Source of the DNA: Octopus bimaculoides
Taxonomy: Eukaryota
DNA length: 64,000 bases
Reading direction: 5' to 3'
Assembly (NCBI RefSeq): GCF_001194135.2
Contig: NC_068981.1
Location: forward strand, 155,023,221-155,087,220
The notes below the pieces were generated by a model. The model ran no database searches, was not told the DNA's origin, and saw only the letters and a list, made by a program, of their open reading frames with translations. How positions within the stretch are numbered: the stretch's first letter is position 1; every line of letters starts with the position of its first letter. A program made the translations under genes and the position numbers. Positions 12,501-27,500 of the stretch are shown here, in pieces.

Positions 12501-15500
12501 GTTTCCTACAAATTTCTGTTACTTTAAAGATATGAAAACCAAATTTTTTAGAAGCAGTTTTCTTATACTGTTTTCATATGATGTAAATGAGATGGAAGGA
12601 GAATGTGAAACATTGATTTTTATCATGAAGTAACTTCAGAAGACTTACTAGATCTTAGCTTATGATGTATGGCAGGAGCGCACACATACACACACACACA
12701 CACACTCCCTCCCACTCTCTCATACATAATGTTATTGGCTGAAAAGAGCAGGTGACCAAATATATAAATTTCTTTGGAGCTCTTTTAAATTGATATTAAA
12801 TAAAACTCCATCAATAGTATAGATGCACCAGGAATTTAGTTTGTGCATAGATATTAATTCTGGTTGCTTTCATGCCATATTTTACTGTTGCCAGTGGATT
12901 TGGTAGATCAAGAGCTAAATTTAGTAGTTATTGAAAAGCAAGTTTGTGTCTAAATAAAGTATCTGGTTTTATAACCCATGATATAGATTCTTTGAATAAG
13001 TAGTGTAATTGTATAAAATTAGTGAGGTTGAATGTTTTACCATTCTTTGGCATATCAGCATCCCACATGTTATAGAATTGATGCATTCCTGAAAATGTTA
13101 CTATAGCAGGGAATTCCATTCCGATTGACATTCATGTAATATGGAAGTCAATGGGAAAAGGTTTGCATTACAGAATTCTTTGCAAAAAGGTTTTCAGGAA
13201 CACATAACTTCCATAATGTGAAGGATCCTTGTTTGTTTACTCATATATGAATGTAAAGTTAGATAAATCTGGAATAGTAAAAACTTTAAACTGCAAAAGA
13301 TAGTTGTATAGATACACAAACATGGCCATGTGGTTAAGCAGTTCATTTTGCAACCACATGGATTTGGTTTAGTCCCACTACATTGCACATCGAACATAGG
13401 CGAGTGTCTATTACCAAAGCCCTAGGCCAGTTCTTTGTGAGTTAATTGGTACAGGGAAACTAGTTAGCCCATTGTCTTTGTATGTATGTGTGAAAATGCA
13501 TGAGTGTTGATATTTTGCTTGTTGTCATGGATAAAGTGATGGTGATAACATTATGACTTATCTCTCTGGACTTGTGGAATAGAGGAAATCCTTTACTTGA
13601 AAAAGAGGTTGGTTGGCAACTGGAGGAACTCACTATTAAAAGTCTTTGACTTCTTGTCCAAGCCATACAAACAGAAAAAAGGATGTTAAATGAATGAACA
13701 TACATACATGCATCTCATCCTAATTTTGTATCTACTTTTGTGTGTGTTATGTGTTTGTTGTACACCACACTGGTTTATCTTTATCCACCATATTATGGCT
13801 TCTTAATATTTTTTTAGCATGATAAATGGGAAAAGAGGTCAGTCCTGCTATATTTCTTGGAAGAAACAAGCACTGACTGGTAGCTTTTCCAGCCTTCTTG
13901 GAGTACTGCATAGCTGATTCTGTTAGAGTAAGAGAGAAAATAAAATTAGTCCTAGTACATGTCTTGGATGGCTAAATGGAATATTTGAACTTAGAATGTA
14001 CAATCAGGAACAATTACTGCAACGTTTTTGCTGAATTCTCTTATGATTCTTCCAATCAACTGCTTTGTGTGTTTGTGCAGGTGTGGGAGGTATGGGTTTG
14101 TGCCTAATTATCTGTGGAGTTAGTTGTTAGAAAAATATATTTTGTAGGGAGAATAAGGCAGGTGAAAAATGTTCAGCAAACCATTATCTCTCTTGACAAC
14201 AAAGGGTTATTACCAGGGCTGTGGAGTCGAAACAAAAAACTTTGACTCTGACTCCTCTACTATTGGCACCTCCGACTACTCTTTATGTAATTGATTGGGT
14301 TTACATATCCCATAAAGCATATGTATTTGCTTGTACTTTGAGTATGCCTATATGTTATAACTGGTTTATATTAAAGAATAAAGATATTGTGAGTTGGAGT
14401 TGATATAGTTTTACCGATTCTGACTACCCCTTAATTGCTTCTGACTCCAACTCCATGGGCCTGGTTATTACACTAAACTTCAGCTAGCCAATCAGATAGA
14501 TTTTTCTGTATAGAGAGATTCTATCCAGGTTGATTCATCTTAACTTATAATGTCTTTCAAAATTCTTTTCCAATCATATTCATTTACATTTGACATTGTA
14601 CTCTTCACTTAGACTGTTTGTAAACTTTTAAGTTTACATGACTGAAGAAAAATTAGTTTAATTCTAGGTTTAGTTTACTTATATTTCCATTGTTTATTCT
14701 CTATCAACAGTAGGGAAACTGAATTGATATACCACAGTTATAAAATCATTGATACTCAAAGTTTGCCCATATCATATTTGTGTATGTGGGTGCTTGAGGT
14801 AAAAACACATTTATCAAAGCTTGTGCTGTTGTTCAGTTCAGGTGAGCACTGGTAGGATAGACCTATGATCAAAAAGTGTTTCGGTTGTTGTTCTCCCTCC
14901 CCACCTCTCTTTCTCACATCGAAAGCATATCTACTACTACAAATGTATGCTTGCTAATCCCTTGAGTGCCTGCTTAGAGCAGCAGTGCACAGCCTATGGG
15001 TTGCATTATTCTGAAAGAGTTGTGAAGATAAAAATCTTTCACTTTTGTAATTTTTGATAGAACATATGTTCTGGAGAAAAATACTTTTTGCTGCAAAGAC
15101 TGAAGAATTTTTCTGTGATGAAAATTATGAAATGCTTATGTGTGTTTGTTGTATATGTATACTGTATATAACTTAGGTGTTTAGAAAACAGTTGCAATTG
15201 ATGTTGATTTGCATAAATGGGTTGCAGTGGTGCGACTTGTATGTTAGTGGTTGGTTCACTGTCAAAATATATAATTGTAGGCATCAAGAGTTTATCCTGT
15301 AATTGGCAGATTTTGTCATACTCTTTTGGTATTGGCTTCTCGATATTTTGAGCAGTCTTCTATTTTGAACATCTGTAGTAAATGATTGTATGTTAATAAC
15401 AATGTGCCTTTGTCTTTAAGTGAAGAAACACTGAAAAAGCACTAAAATAGGGAAGTTGTAATTGATTGTAGCATAGTTGAAATTAAATTCCAATTCATAA

Positions 15501-18500
15501 GTCCTCCGACCCCGACTATTCATAGTGTAGATATTTTAAGATTAGAAAAAAAGCTCTCTGCATACTGCTTCACAGATATATCAAGTTTTAGACATCTTAT
15601 GTTAAGTTGGTTTTTCAGGAATATTTTACAGATAAGTCTGCTTTTGAATGCATCAGAAAATTTCCTTCCTGGAAAAAATACAGCAAATTTTTTTGTCTAT
15701 TGTCACTTAAATCAAGAACTAGGGGTTTATGGACGGAATCCTTGCATAAACTTTTTTTTCTTAATTTCTACTGACTACATTAAAATTCAAGTGTATCTAA
15801 CTTTTTAGATACATATTATTGTTGTTTTTTAACATGCACTTTTCTATGCTTGCATGGGTTGGGTGGAATTTGTTGAGGTAGATTTTTCTACTGCCAGATG
15901 CCCATCCTATCACCAACCTTCACCTGTTCCGATGTGAGGTGATATTTCCTCATGACCAGACACATTTTTATGTAAGATTGGAAATGAATGACACCACTTC
16001 CGTAAGAGTGCTACTCATTTACAATTATCATGTGAAGGCAAGGCAAGGATATATAAGCACACTCTCTCTCTCCTGTGTGATGGGTTTCTTTCAGGTTCTG
16101 TCTACCAAATGCATTCACAAGGCTTTGATCAGCTCAGAGCTACAATAGAAAACACCTGCCCTGGGTTTCACTCAGTGGTATGAAACTTTAACCTTTCGAT
16201 TGGTTTAGCAACTTAGTTACTAAACAGCTATGCCTGCACCTCATAAAGTTAAGCAAATAGAAACAGCTGTTAATGTGTTTTTCAATTTTTGTTTGTTCTA
16301 TGCTTGCATTAAATTAGCTTACACTTGTCACTGTCATTTTTCATCTGGCAAACCAACAACAAAGTCATCAGTGATAGATGGTGTATGTCTTATTATTTAT
16401 CATTTCTTTCTTCTCCATGCTGACATCATAGATTCAGTAGTTCAACAGGTCAGAGGATCACATCTTGTTTCAGTTCTGGCTTAGTTTCCATGGTTGGATG
16501 CTCATCTAACACTGCATACATTCTTTTCATGGCACTAGCATTGTAGAGGTTGTCTTGCCCACAACAAAACTAAAGGAGTCCCTTAAAGCCTTGTGTTTTT
16601 TCGGCTTCATTTCCCAACCACTTTATAGAGTGCTTTTTTTTTTCATGCACTAATAGTAGTGAGATCACCTTGTAACTCAGAGAGTGAAAGCACCTCCTCA
16701 ATTGTAAGAGATAATTGATGACATTTGGTGAGGTGTTGTTAGAAGTTACAGTACGATGGAAGAAATGGATTTGTTGTTGTGAGGAGGTGGTGGCTGTGGA
16801 GAGAGTTGCAGAGGTGACTAAGGAGATGCTAGAGCATAGAGAGAATGGTGAGTGAAGTTTGCAAGACTGAAATACCACCCCTCTGCATTTGAGCATCATG
16901 ATTTAGAAGACTAGAGAAAGAAAGGTAGCAGGATATGAATGTGGAGGCAGGGGAGATCCAGAATGTATAGGTTGGGTGGCATGGTACTATGTGTAGAGGA
17001 AGAGATGAAGAAATTGAGGATATAAGGTATAGAAAGAGCTGAGGATGTAATAAGTACACATTGAATACTTTCGTGGCTTAGTATGATTAGTAGAATGTGT
17101 GTGTGTATACATACACACAGATTTTTGCATGTTTCTTTAGTGAAATAGCACCCTTTCTGTTATCACTCACTTAACAGCATGGACTGAGTCCATTTTATTG
17201 TGCATTGCACTAGAGAGGTTGTCTTTCAGGTCTAAAGAAGCTTCTCGACTATCATTCCTGAATTTAATATTTTATAAAGATATCAACACATGTTGAATCA
17301 TTGTTTTAAACTCAAATTCAACCACAATGCAATCTGACTTGCATGTAAAACTTTGAGAAACTCACAAGTTTTAGAATTTACCTGTTATATTGATATAAAT
17401 ATATAGTCTGTAACTTGCATCATTTACAGTGTTAAGTGTAGTTCAGCATAAAAATTGTCTCCATTATGTAGGCAGAGAGGTTGGAGTTGCAAATATTCTT
17501 GGGCAGTTTCTTTAGCACTGCATAGAAGGAGATATTTAGGGTTTGAAAAGTTACAAAAGAAGTTCTCATGTTTGGTATCGAGAAGGGGTGGCTATACTAT
17601 CCTCCAATAAAGTTTACTTCTTTTTATATGTATGTGTAGGTTCACTCATGGCTTTCTGGTTAACTTTGCAACCACATGGTTTCAGATTCAGTCTCACTGC
17701 ATGCTGTCATGGGCCAATGTCTTCTACTGAGCCCCTAGTGTACCAGTGCCTTGTCATTGAATTCAGTAAATGGGAAATGTTTAGAATCCTATTCTGTGTA
17801 TGTGCGTGCATGCATCTTGTTTGTTGCTCTCTACTTGACAACTGGTGTTAGTTTGTTCACGTCTTTGTAACTTAGTGGTTCAAGAAAAAAGAAACTGATA
17901 AAGTATCAGGCAAAAATAAGCACCAGGATTTGATTTGGTTAACTAAACTCAGGTTAGTGCCCCAACATGTTTATAGTCCAATGACTGTAAAAGAGAGAGA
18001 GAATGTGTGTGTTTTTTAATAAAACATTGCTTATCTTGTCTTCATCTTCCATCCATTCCATCAATATTTCTCAGATTTTCTTTCAGAGTTGCCATTTTTA
18101 AAGTACAATTCTTAGACTTGTGGGCAGTGCTACATACATAAAATATTAATAGAAATATGATTAACATAGTTTTATCTTTCAGAAGTCAATAACCATTTAA
18201 TCATTTGTACAACTTGCTCTCTGACCTGTTGCTGATATAACACGGTTGCAAACTGGCAGCAGCAGTTTGAGTTATGATTTACAATTTGTAAACTATGATT
18301 CCTGATCACAATTGGGTTTTCCTGTTCTACTTCCTGCTTCAAGTTCTTTACCTTTTAGTCTGAATCCAGAACATTACTTTGTGTATAATTACTGTAATAA
18401 AACAGATAATGGTCCTAGCTTGCTCATCCGATATCCTTTATTGTTAACTTGTGTTTCCTAGATAATTTTAAACAATTTGATACTTTCCTATAATTTCAAT

Positions 18501-21500
18501 GTGAATGTAAAAAATGTAAAAATTTGGGTTAAAAATTGAAATAATATTAATAATGATTTGTTAAATGCTTTTATTTCTTTTCATTTTAGATTCGGGTTGA
18601 TAATTTCGACTACATTGGTGTTGGTAATTCAACAAATAAAAAAGATTCCCAGGCAAATGCTGCTAGGGATTTTGTCCAGTTCTTAGTTCGGCAGGGACAG
18701 GTCCAACAATCAGAAGTGCCTACTGTAAGTACATATCTTCAGTCTTTTAGAAAACTTTAAAAAATTTTTTTTTTTAATTAACAATATTTGCATCTTAAAT
18801 ATGTCAAGTCTACATTAATATTCTATTATTGTTAGCATTCTTAGATATGTAGAGTATCTTCACAATTCATTAGGTTGTTTACTAACATCCATCTTCCATG
18901 CAGGCATGAATAGGACTGTTGACAAGAGCTGGCCAGGTAGAAGACTACCCTAGGCTACTGTGTCTGTTTTGCAGAGTTTTTATGGCTGGATGCCCTTCCT
19001 AACACCAACCACTTTGCAGAGTGGATTGAGTGTTTTTCATGTGACACCAATGTGTTTATAAATAATAATAAATTAATGTCGATTAACATTTAAGAATTTT
19101 CACTGCAAGGTCTTCATGTCGACTTCAGAATAGCTTTTAAATAGTTCCGTTTAATATATATGAAGAAACTGTTAACTGGAATATATTATGCATTGCTATT
19201 TTGTATTTCACCACTTCAAAATTGTTATTGTAGGATAAATTAATAGCCATGTGCATTATTCATGATATAAACTAGAAAACATTTAAAAATGAATTTTTAG
19301 CTAAAACCATGAATCACAAATAATATGTAATAGTAAAGTACAGTTTTATCTATTCCCTTTTGCATTCTTTTATCTTCCAGTTAACTGTTGGCATGGGTGC
19401 TGGGACAGCAGAAACTGTGTCTGGAAATGACACACCTGCAGATGATATGACTGATTCTGGAATATCTTCTGGTGGCTGTAAGTTAATTCTTTCTATACAT
19501 TTCGCTTTTAGAAAAAACAGTTTGTTAATGAAGAATTTACTTTAAACAAATATCTTCTTTCTTGATAGCTTTCCCTGGATTAGACGCTAACAGAGATATT
19601 CCTGCTTATCAAAGGGGCCCACCAATGAGTTATTTGGACCGACTTGCAGAAAAAAGGAAATTGGAAGAAGTAATTATTTTTTCATCATTTTTTCTTGATT
19701 TTTGCTGTCAATGTCTACATTATTTATTTACCATATTTAGTTGAAGTATTGAGTGAAGAGGTGGTGGTGGTGGACTTGTTTCATAATTGTTCTCTGTTAA
19801 GTTTAGGGCAAGTGCAGACTTTTTTTTTTTTTGGAGTTAAGAAGTTTAAATTTGCGACTACATAGTGCCAGGTTCAATCTGTTATGCTGTATCTTATAGA
19901 AATACATTCTACCATAGCCTTGGGCTGATCAATCCTTGTGAGTGAAATTTGGTAGATGGAAACTGTGGAAATATATCTGAAGGATAAATCCTGTTAGTAC
20001 CACTGTCTGACCTTTGGGTGCCTTTAGCAGGTTTGACTGTTTTAAGAATTCAGCACAGTCAGCATTGGTAGCCCTAAAAATGCTGTGGGTTTTATCCTAT
20101 CTTCTCTGACCAAGCCTAAAAAAAAAAAAAAAGATGCAAATGTTGTGTGGGCTTTGTTTCCTTTTGTATTTGAATAAAATGGAAGACATAGATCATATTC
20201 ATATCGACATAATAACTTGAAAGTAGCTTTTAATGTGGTTATTTATTATAATTAATAGGAAGAAAATATTTCCATGTACAAGAACTTCCAATAATGCTTG
20301 GCAAAGAAGAATGGATCATTGATAGATAACTATTTCATTTTATAGTAGTCCTGTAGCAATGAAGCAAGAACTAAATGTTATGATATCTTTTGTTACCATA
20401 TTTCTGTTTAAATACACTTTTGTTTCAATTAACTCTTAGTAAAAAATTAAATAATTTTGCCATTATTAAGTTGGTTTTTTGTAACTTAGATTTTAACAGA
20501 AAGTTTTAATTTAGGTCATCTTAACCTTTTTGACACTAACCCATCTAAGACTGCCCTCTGGTTCTATATGATGCAAACTCCTCGTTAAAAGTGATCTAAA
20601 TTAAAAACTTTCAAAATGGACTGTTAATTTATGTTCCAAATACCAGCATAATAATGATAGTTATTTTTCTGTTCTTCGTTAATTTCAGAATTAATTGAAA
20701 CAATAGAACTATAGGTTTATCTTTGATGGGTTGGTATGAAAAGGGTTTAAAAGCCTTTTATAAAAATTAGAATTTTAATGTTATTTTAGAGATGTCAGAA
20801 ACTAAATATTTAGGAGGTTATATACTGACACGGCGCTAGTTGCACAAGCTGATACTCGTTGTTATTTAGAACCAGATTAACTCTGATCAAAAGCCTTTCT
20901 AAGTGTGAATATCACTTTCCCCCCCCCCCTCTGCTCAAGCATATTGACTATAGAACAATGTTGTCTAATATGTCCTTCCTGTTTTTAAGACAGTAAAGTG
21001 AGATCTAGCAGGTTGAGCAACCACGTAAAGAATCTTTTTTTATTTGCTCATAATGATATTGGACAAGTTTAGATTGTTGATATTTGCAATATCTTTTTCT
21101 AAAGATGGGCACATTGCAGTTAGCTGGAATCTGTGATGGAACTAGTAGATCTTTTTGCATGGAATATAGCACAAATGAACTCAATCTCAGTTTTCGGTGA
21201 CATGACACTACTAATAATAAACTTAATTTACATATGTTAGATATAATTAAGGTATTAGATTTCTCATTACTATTCTGATTTTATTTCTTCAGTCAGAAGA
21301 TCTTGACTTGAATGCTAGTATTCACGGCAACTGGACACTGGAAAATGCTAAAAGCAGACTCCATCAATTTCTGCAGCAAAATAAAATACAAGCTGATTAT
21401 AAATATTCTATGATAGGTCCAGATCATAATCGGTAAGTTAAAATGTTGGATATTGTTTCCTTGTGTTGAATCTCTCTTGACTCCTGAAAATTTTATTACT

Positions 21501-24500
21501 TTTTCATGAAATTTCGGGTTTTAAAGTTCAAAGTTCTTAATTCTTAAACAGGTTTTATTTTATGTGTAAACTACAAACTTAGTATAACTTTCTCTACATT
21601 GGAATATATTTACATATATTATATAGTAGCTACAAGTCATTCACTAGTATGAGTAAACAGTTAAATGTAATGCTTATTTATAAAAGCAGTAATTTAGTTA
21701 TTTATAGTAGTTAGTCTTATATTTTTTCTATCTGATGAAAATGTAAAACAAAACAGTTGTACTTTTTTCATGTGTTCTCAATTATATAGATATATTTAAA
21801 AACTATTAACTTTGTTTTAATTTTCTCTCTTATAATTACCATTAGCAAATGTTAAGAAATATTAAAATAAACGAAGCTTACCATCACTACAAAATTTGCT
21901 CTAATTATGCAACTGTAATTTCTGGTTTGACTTAGAATTACATTCGTATTATTTTATTTTTAAGTTCCCATATCTCAATGTTTAAAATATTGAGGAATAC
22001 TATCTTTTGCCAATAATTACTTTTTTGTTGAGATTTAAGACCAACTCTGTCAAAAAATTCTTTATATCTCCTATCTGTTGGTTTGTAGTCTATACTAGAT
22101 TAATATTTAGTGTTTATTTTGTAATTAGTTAATTGGATTTTTTCATGTTTTTTAATAGAAATAATTGTAAAATATTCCTCTGATCATTCTTTGGAATTTT
22201 TATTGGTGATTTCTTGTAATGGAATTTTTAATTTTTTTAAATTTTTTTTTTGTATAAATAAAATATTTTCTTTTAAATGTTTTCAATAAAGTTTGTTTCA
22301 GGAAACAATATTTATCTACAATGCTTGGGTCTGCTAAAAGAAGATGCATTATCTGCATGAAATATTTGTGAATGTTTGTGTCATTTTGTGTGTTAAGATT
22401 ATTTAAATTACAAAAAAGTTTATGCTCAGTAAGATAGTGCCTTAAGGTACTGCTAATTCTCTAGTTAACTATTTGACTTGTAATTTTGATCAGATTATTT
22501 AGGTATAGTTACTGAAAAACACTATATTTCATTTAGGAATTTTATTCTTGGCTTTTTTTTTTTTAACTCAATAGCAACTTAATACTTCTGATACGATTGA
22601 CTTGCTGTTGATGTTTGTTTAATCTGTTTATTATATATTTTGTAACAAATTATATTTGTAGTTTTAAAAAGTAAGGCCTAAAACTTAGTTTCTAAAAATG
22701 GTGATTAAATTAGTTATAATAGTTGAATGAATTTAAAAAGAAAAATTTTTTGATCAAAGATTCTCTATTTGAAAGATTGAAAGTTCAGTTTTTAAAAAAA
22801 AATTTTCAAAGCTTAGACTAATTAAGGTTTTCTTTTATAATTGCTTAAATTTGCAAAATATTTCACCATTAGTCAATTTTGCTTTACAGCTTAAGTAAAC
22901 AGTTATGAAAAACTGAAAACAAAACAATTTTATGTTCTACATGTTTGTATAGGGGGTTGGCATAGGTGTAAAGGAATAGAAAGAAAATTTTAAAGAACTG
23001 TTATGTGATTACAAATATGAAGTGGTTCCACTGAATCAGTGTATCAACACTGGTTTCAAATGTGTATAGATTCTTGCACATATAGTTTGACTGTCCTATC
23101 TACTTTTCAAAAATGTAATCAGTTCTGATGAATTTGAATATAATTATTTTCTCTTTTAAAGACATCCCTAAACTAATACATTACAGCCTTTATGTTTATC
23201 TTTTACTCATATTCTATTAGTCTCCTTTATTTTGGTCATCATTAGCAATTACCTTCACACACTTGTGTTAACACTACATCTTGAATAAAATTAACTTGGT
23301 GTCTTTTGTTATTGTCTAAGACAGGAGTGTTATAATTATAGAATATTAAATTATCACTACTGTAAAAGTAGTGTTAATTTTATGTTCTTTTATATCTGTA
23401 AATTAGTGTTAAATTCTCTTGTTCCAGTAGACTCCTTGTTAAACATTAAATTGATATTACATCCTAGTAACTCAGATGTTTGTATTTTTTAAAGATTTTT
23501 TACATTGTTGTTGTTGTTTGTTCAACTGGTTTAATTGGCTTGTTTCAATACATGCTTTTTTTAATACTATAAATGAATAGATTTAGATTATTTATTCTCT
23601 AGCTGTTTGGTAGGTTACAACATCTCTAACTTTGGTAAGAAGCATGTCTAATTGTTGTTAGTGATGCTGTTAGTTTTGCTGTTTACACCTTGGTGCTGCT
23701 GTGCTGTCTGACCTGATATTTGCTAGACAACGCCTGCTTGCGTGGCTTTTTTCTATTAAAATGTAATAGAACTGAAATGACTACAGCTCAAATAGCTAAA
23801 ATGTAATTCGACAGATTTATTGTTTGTTATACTCCTCTTTATTCATGTTGATAATAAACCAATATGAAGCATTTAATTTATTAAATGTATAGAATATACA
23901 AGTGAAAGTTTGTATACTGATAGGAATAGTAGGCTTTCTGACATTTTCTCAGAATTCTTCTGGCTTTCAGTGTTGCTATAATTTCTATAATTTAACGGGT
24001 TTAATAATGTAAGAAAGAAAGGTATTTTATTCTATTTATTCTATATAATTCAGTATTAACTTTCATTATTTAATAAGATTACAACCATGATTTGCCAGAA
24101 TGATGGATCAGTGGACTAGCTTTCTTGGTAGGTGATACTTTAAAGCATTTTGGGTATAATAATGGGTAAAATGTTTTTTTTTTAATGTTGTAATAAATGT
24201 TAATTGTAATTTAAGTTGGTAATTTACATATGATATGGAATAGTCAAGCCAGTTACTGGTATTGTAATGTAAATCAAAATAGGAATATTTTTTCATAAAG
24301 ATACATTCTCAATTAATATTAATAAGAAAGAGAACATATTGTGTTGCAATTTCCGGTATTAATGTTGACTGAGAACTATATTTCAGTACTTTTGTCACAT
24401 ATATTTGAAACTTTATTACTACTTTAGAAAAAAAATTATACCAAATATAACTATGAAAGCAAGAAAAAATTTTTGAAATGTCAAAAAGGAATTTATTCTG

Positions 24501-27500
24501 TGTAATGTGAGCTTCCATAGATAGATGACATAGTGTAATTATTTCACTCATTAAAGCTAAGTGTTGTGTTTTTGTAAATCAAGGAAAGTAATTTATTTAT
24601 TAGCAAAATTTAGGAGACATCATGAGAATTAGATCATAGAAATATGTTCAGTTTTCATTCTTGATCTTCAGAAATTAATTCTGTTAAGAAAATGTCCATG
24701 TTCAGTATGAGGGGAGAATAGACGGTAGCAAGGCAATATTTTGCATGTTGTGCACCTTGAATGTTTGAGTAAATGAATTCAGTTATTTTTATAGTAAAAG
24801 TCCAAGTAAAACTAAAAATATAATTCAAGGAGTATCCAGGGCTTGAGTTAAAAAAAACTACTAATCTTCATTCAAATGTTAAGTTACATAACCTTTGCAT
24901 GCTGAAAGTATTTTGTTGTATAAGAATGAAAATTAAGGACTTTCAGTAACTGAAGAACAAGAAGAAATATAAACATATATACACACAGGTAGATAATTTT
25001 AATTTTAAAACAGCTTTTGGTTCTATAAAGTAAAACTGCCAATGTTAGCATGTTCACATTTAATTTTGTACCTTTCACCATAATCTTATATGAGCTTTGC
25101 TTCATGGTGAAAAGTTATTTTATTTAATTACTAAAAATTCCTGATTATTTTCAAATTGAAATACATAGTGTATGTCAATGACAAATAAGGTAATGAGAGG
25201 GTTAAAAAAAGACAACTGAAAATGACTGCCTGTTCTAAATGAGAGTTTATTATACAAGTGAAAGTTGCTAAAATGTTTTACTACTGCCTGGTTTGGTCGC
25301 GTGACTGAGTAACTGTCTGAGAAAATAGCTAGTGTTTGCTTTTAGTGGTAATTATACTAAAGGTAAGTCATGGAATATTTGAAAAATATGACTTAAAAAG
25401 TTTGCGTTAAGAATGGAATAAGTAGGATGTGGTTGTATGACCATTTTATAAAAGTATTTTAAATAATTGTTTCTTTTTTCAAGCTAGATCTTATTCCACA
25501 AAATGAGATTATTTGTTTTAATTTAAGACAAACTGATTTTACATTGACTAGTTATTTTCATTTCAATTTTTAATTTAAAAAAAAAAATTAACATCAACTT
25601 CTTGCATTCAATTTGAAAACAAAAATGCTATATGGATATGTTTAACACCTTTTTTTTTTTAATCAATTCTTTAAAAGCATAGTTTCTAATATATTTTCTT
25701 TCCCTCTCGATTCCCTCTTTCTATGGTTCTATCAATGCAGTGAGTTTGTCTTTACAGTACTCTTAGGTTGCACAGCTACAAGTGCCTGGACTTGCAACAA
25801 CAATATTTAATAATCTGTGGCACTGAAAGACTGATTTCTTTTTCAGTCGTTATGCCACTGAAACCGACGACAGTATCATTCTTATTAGGTTTGTCCCACA
25901 ACATTTATCAATTTGGATTATTTAGTAATCATAGCCAAAGCTCATAAAAGTAATCTGCTGAAAATTTTATTCTGTTTTATTTTTATATGAAAATATTCTG
26001 TTTTCTATTTCTTATACTTTTCTATTTTCTATTTAGACATTTATTTTTCCTAAAATGTTTTTTTTTTTAATGTTTATTATATGCTACTCTGTATACCAAG
26101 AACAATATAGAAAATATGTAATTGTATATGTTTATAGACTTTAAGAAAACATGCATTCAAATCTAACTCATATTTGTTGCTCATAGGTGCTGTTTTATTT
26201 TTCACTATTTGTTCTAATTAAATGGTATATTTAAATATTTTCAATGTGTATTAGAAACTTTAAGGTTTTAGTAGTTTCAAAATGAGTTCATGCTATATTT
26301 AAACATAAAAGTTGATCATCTTAAGGATTTTAACTCATGAAGTTTGAACAGTGCCATTAGGAAGTTTATGCTGGTTTTGCACATAAATATTGTGGTGCCA
26401 CTTAATCATAGTAACAAGAATGATAATTATTTCTTTTGGCAAAATACAAGGCCATGTTTGTGCTCAATGTAATTCATTCAATTTCTTGCCTGTATTTGTT
26501 AAACCCATTAAAATTCTAATAAATTCAAATATTCAGGTACCATATTACATTGGTATTGTTTCCTATCCTTCATGGGCATAAATCCTGAGATTCTTAAGAA
26601 AGGAGGAAATTAAATGTTTTAAAACATTCAAGAATTGAAATCGAGTCACAGGCTCAGCTGGCCAAAAATTTAACTATACTCAATGATTCTGGCCAAATGA
26701 TAATGACTATGATGACATGAGAACAATGGTGCTGCTGTTTCAAAATTGCAGTGCTACCCTGTAAATAGAATTAAGGAATATATATAAAAAACGAATTTCA
26801 AGAATTAATTATTTGAAATTCTAAATTCATTACGTTGATACGTAATAGCTGCTCTTGATCATCTTCCTCTATATTATTGTTTAAATGTTGGGTGTTTACT
26901 TAGTAATTGTATCTGCTTTCAATTTTTTTCTGTCATTAGTTGATTGAAAAGTTTGTGGTATATTCTGTATCATTTTTACTGGCCTTTCTGCATGAAAATA
27001 ATTTCAGTTTGGTAAAGATAATCTACATTTTAGCACATAGTGCCATCAGCTGAATATGTCCTGTTACTCACTTTTGATAAAACACTAATATTAATCTTCA
27101 AATTAGAAATTGACACATTAGATTCTATGTCCTGATTTTTTTTTTTTTTACTTTGGTTAACATATCTACAGCAGATTGTTGGAGCTTTGAGTAAAAGAAA
27201 CAACCAATACATTGTCTGATATTTGTTGATAATGTTATAATTGTCTACATTTGTGTTTGTTATGTTAGTGGCAAGTATCTGTCAGATGTATTATTTTTTT
27301 AAAAATAAGTATTGCATAATAAGTATAACTTATTTTTCTGTTGCTGCTAATGCCAGTTATTAGCATTTCCATTTAGTAAGTAGAACATGATTATATCAAG
27401 TCTTACCATTGTAATGTTAAAACAATTGTTATATTATCTTGTAATAAATTAAGAATAGGAAAGTTAAATTTCTTTCAGTAGACCTACCTGTTGTTAGCTT

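Noticed and set aside
23661-23716. C/D-box snoRNA-like segment (gtgatgct ... ctga)
   Set aside because: Box C mismatched, no terminal stem, and no recognisable rRNA or snRNA guide.
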